Part shown: positions 31,421-32,000 of the stretch, in pieces
Numbering within the stretch: the first letter of the stretch is position 1
Layout: the number at the start of each line of letters is the position of its first letter
Source of the DNA: Geobacter sulfurreducens PCA
GTDB lineage: Bacteria > Desulfobacterota > Desulfuromonadia > Geobacterales > Geobacteraceae
Assembly (NCBI RefSeq): GCF_000007985.2
Contig: NC_002939.5
Location: forward strand, 1,020,001 to 1,052,000
Direction of reading: 5' to 3'
Length of the DNA stretch: 32,000 bases
Program-made: the position numbers and the translations under genes
The notes under the pieces: model-generated
What the model saw: the letters and a program-made list of their open reading frames with translations, nothing else
Database searches by the model: none
Told to the model about the DNA's origin: nothing

Positions 31421-32000
31421 CCGAGGCAGTGATGCTCCAGCCGCCCGACCGGTCCGTGAGCCGCCTTTCCTTCGCGATGCGGCTGGTGGATGACTTCGCG
31501 CCGGAGCGGGAGCCTCCGGCCGGGGTAGCGGTGACGCTCACGGGAGGCGGGACCCAGGGCATTCGCAACCCCGGCGGGTGGCACCTCTTCATGGATCTGC
31601 CGCCGGGAACGTACCGGGTGAGTGCCCGGTCAGAGCTCTACCTGGCGGAGGAGAAGGAGATCGACACCGCGCTGCTGGATCCCGGCCTGCCGGTGGTGGA
31701 GCTGCTGCTTAAGCCGTCCGCTGCCTACCCGTTTCCACCCGGAACCACGCTGGTCCGTGGCGTGGTGAGGAACGAAGCGGGGCAGGACGTGCCGGATGCC
31801 CGGGTGGAGGCGGTTCCCTGGATGCCGGTGCCATCGGTGAAGGGGCGGGTGCGGCAGGGTGGCGCCCAGGCGGGCCAGCCGACCATCCGCCTTGAGCACC
31901 TGTCGGGAGGACTGGCCGCGGGCGACATGCTGCTGGTCAGGGATGGAGACCCCTCCCGCCAGGAGATCGTCCGGATCGCGGCGCCGCTGCCGTCCAACGC
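31417..32000 (+). CDS. Hypothetical protein, partial (open to the window end), possibly with a carboxypeptidase-regulatory-like fold; next gene of the eCIS-like operon
   Basis: The ATGA start/stop overlaps the DUF4255 gene. My translation (MTEAVMLQPPDRSVSRLSFAMRLVDDF...GTYRVSARSELYLAEEKEI...) has no stop through 32000. It is absent from the supplied track because it has no in-window stop. Confidence 0.6.
   Translation, partial: MTEAVMLQPPDRSVSRLSFAMRLVDDFAPEREPPAGVAVTLTGGGTQGIRNPGGWHLFMDLPPGTYRVSARSELYLAEEKEIDTALLDPGLPVVELLLKPSAAYPFPPGTTLVRGVVRNEAGQDVPDARVEAVPWMPVPSVKGRVRQGGAQAGQPTIRLEHLSGGLAAGDMLLVRDGDPSRQEIVRIAAPLPSN

Overview
The window is high-GC and looks like Geobacter/Desulfuromonadales-type chromosome (inference from composition and gene content only). 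It has three parts.

(1) 1-5908: a minus-strand efflux operon in the order tetR, tolC-like, hlyD-like adaptor, FtsX/MacB-like permease and ABC ATPase (partial). A palindromic operator sits upstream of the tolC-like gene, with a related copy upstream of tetR. A membrane GGDEF diguanylate cyclase lies on the plus strand.

(2) About 5950-16100: a clearly lower-GC accessory island. Its small, mostly membrane or hypothetical ORFs all lie on the minus strand. Four mobile elements interrupt it:
- a RAYT-like Y1 (HUH) transposase flanked by inverted 27-nt repeats;
- an ORF-containing group II intron;
- an IS4-family IS with perfect 19-bp IRs and a 9-bp TSD;
- an IS110-family element.
I also see a family of imperfect palindromes built as RYYYAAC, spacer, stem-loop, spacer, GTTRRRY, placed directly 3' of the minus-strand ORFs. 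My main hypothesis is that the island is a degenerate integron-type cassette array (CALIN-like; no intI in the window). On that reading the group II intron sits antisense, exactly at the G|TT of one attC-like site.

(3) 16100-32000 contains, in order:
- a double-Cache histidine kinase and an NtrC-type sigma-54 activator;
- a well-formed -24/-12 promoter and a tight four-gene operon of uncharacterised small Cys-rich and membrane proteins;
- a secreted choice-of-anchor-J/InlB-B-repeat protein;
- an S41 C-terminal protease;
- a 983-aa ELWxxDGT-repeat protein with a dockerin-like tail;
- a mini GGQ release-factor-like gene;
- the 5' end of an extracellular contractile-injection-system-like locus (AAA+ ATPase, DUF4255/Pvc16-like protein, then an ORF open to the window end).

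Many long ORFs in the supplied track are antisense shadow ORFs of high-GC genes and are rejected.
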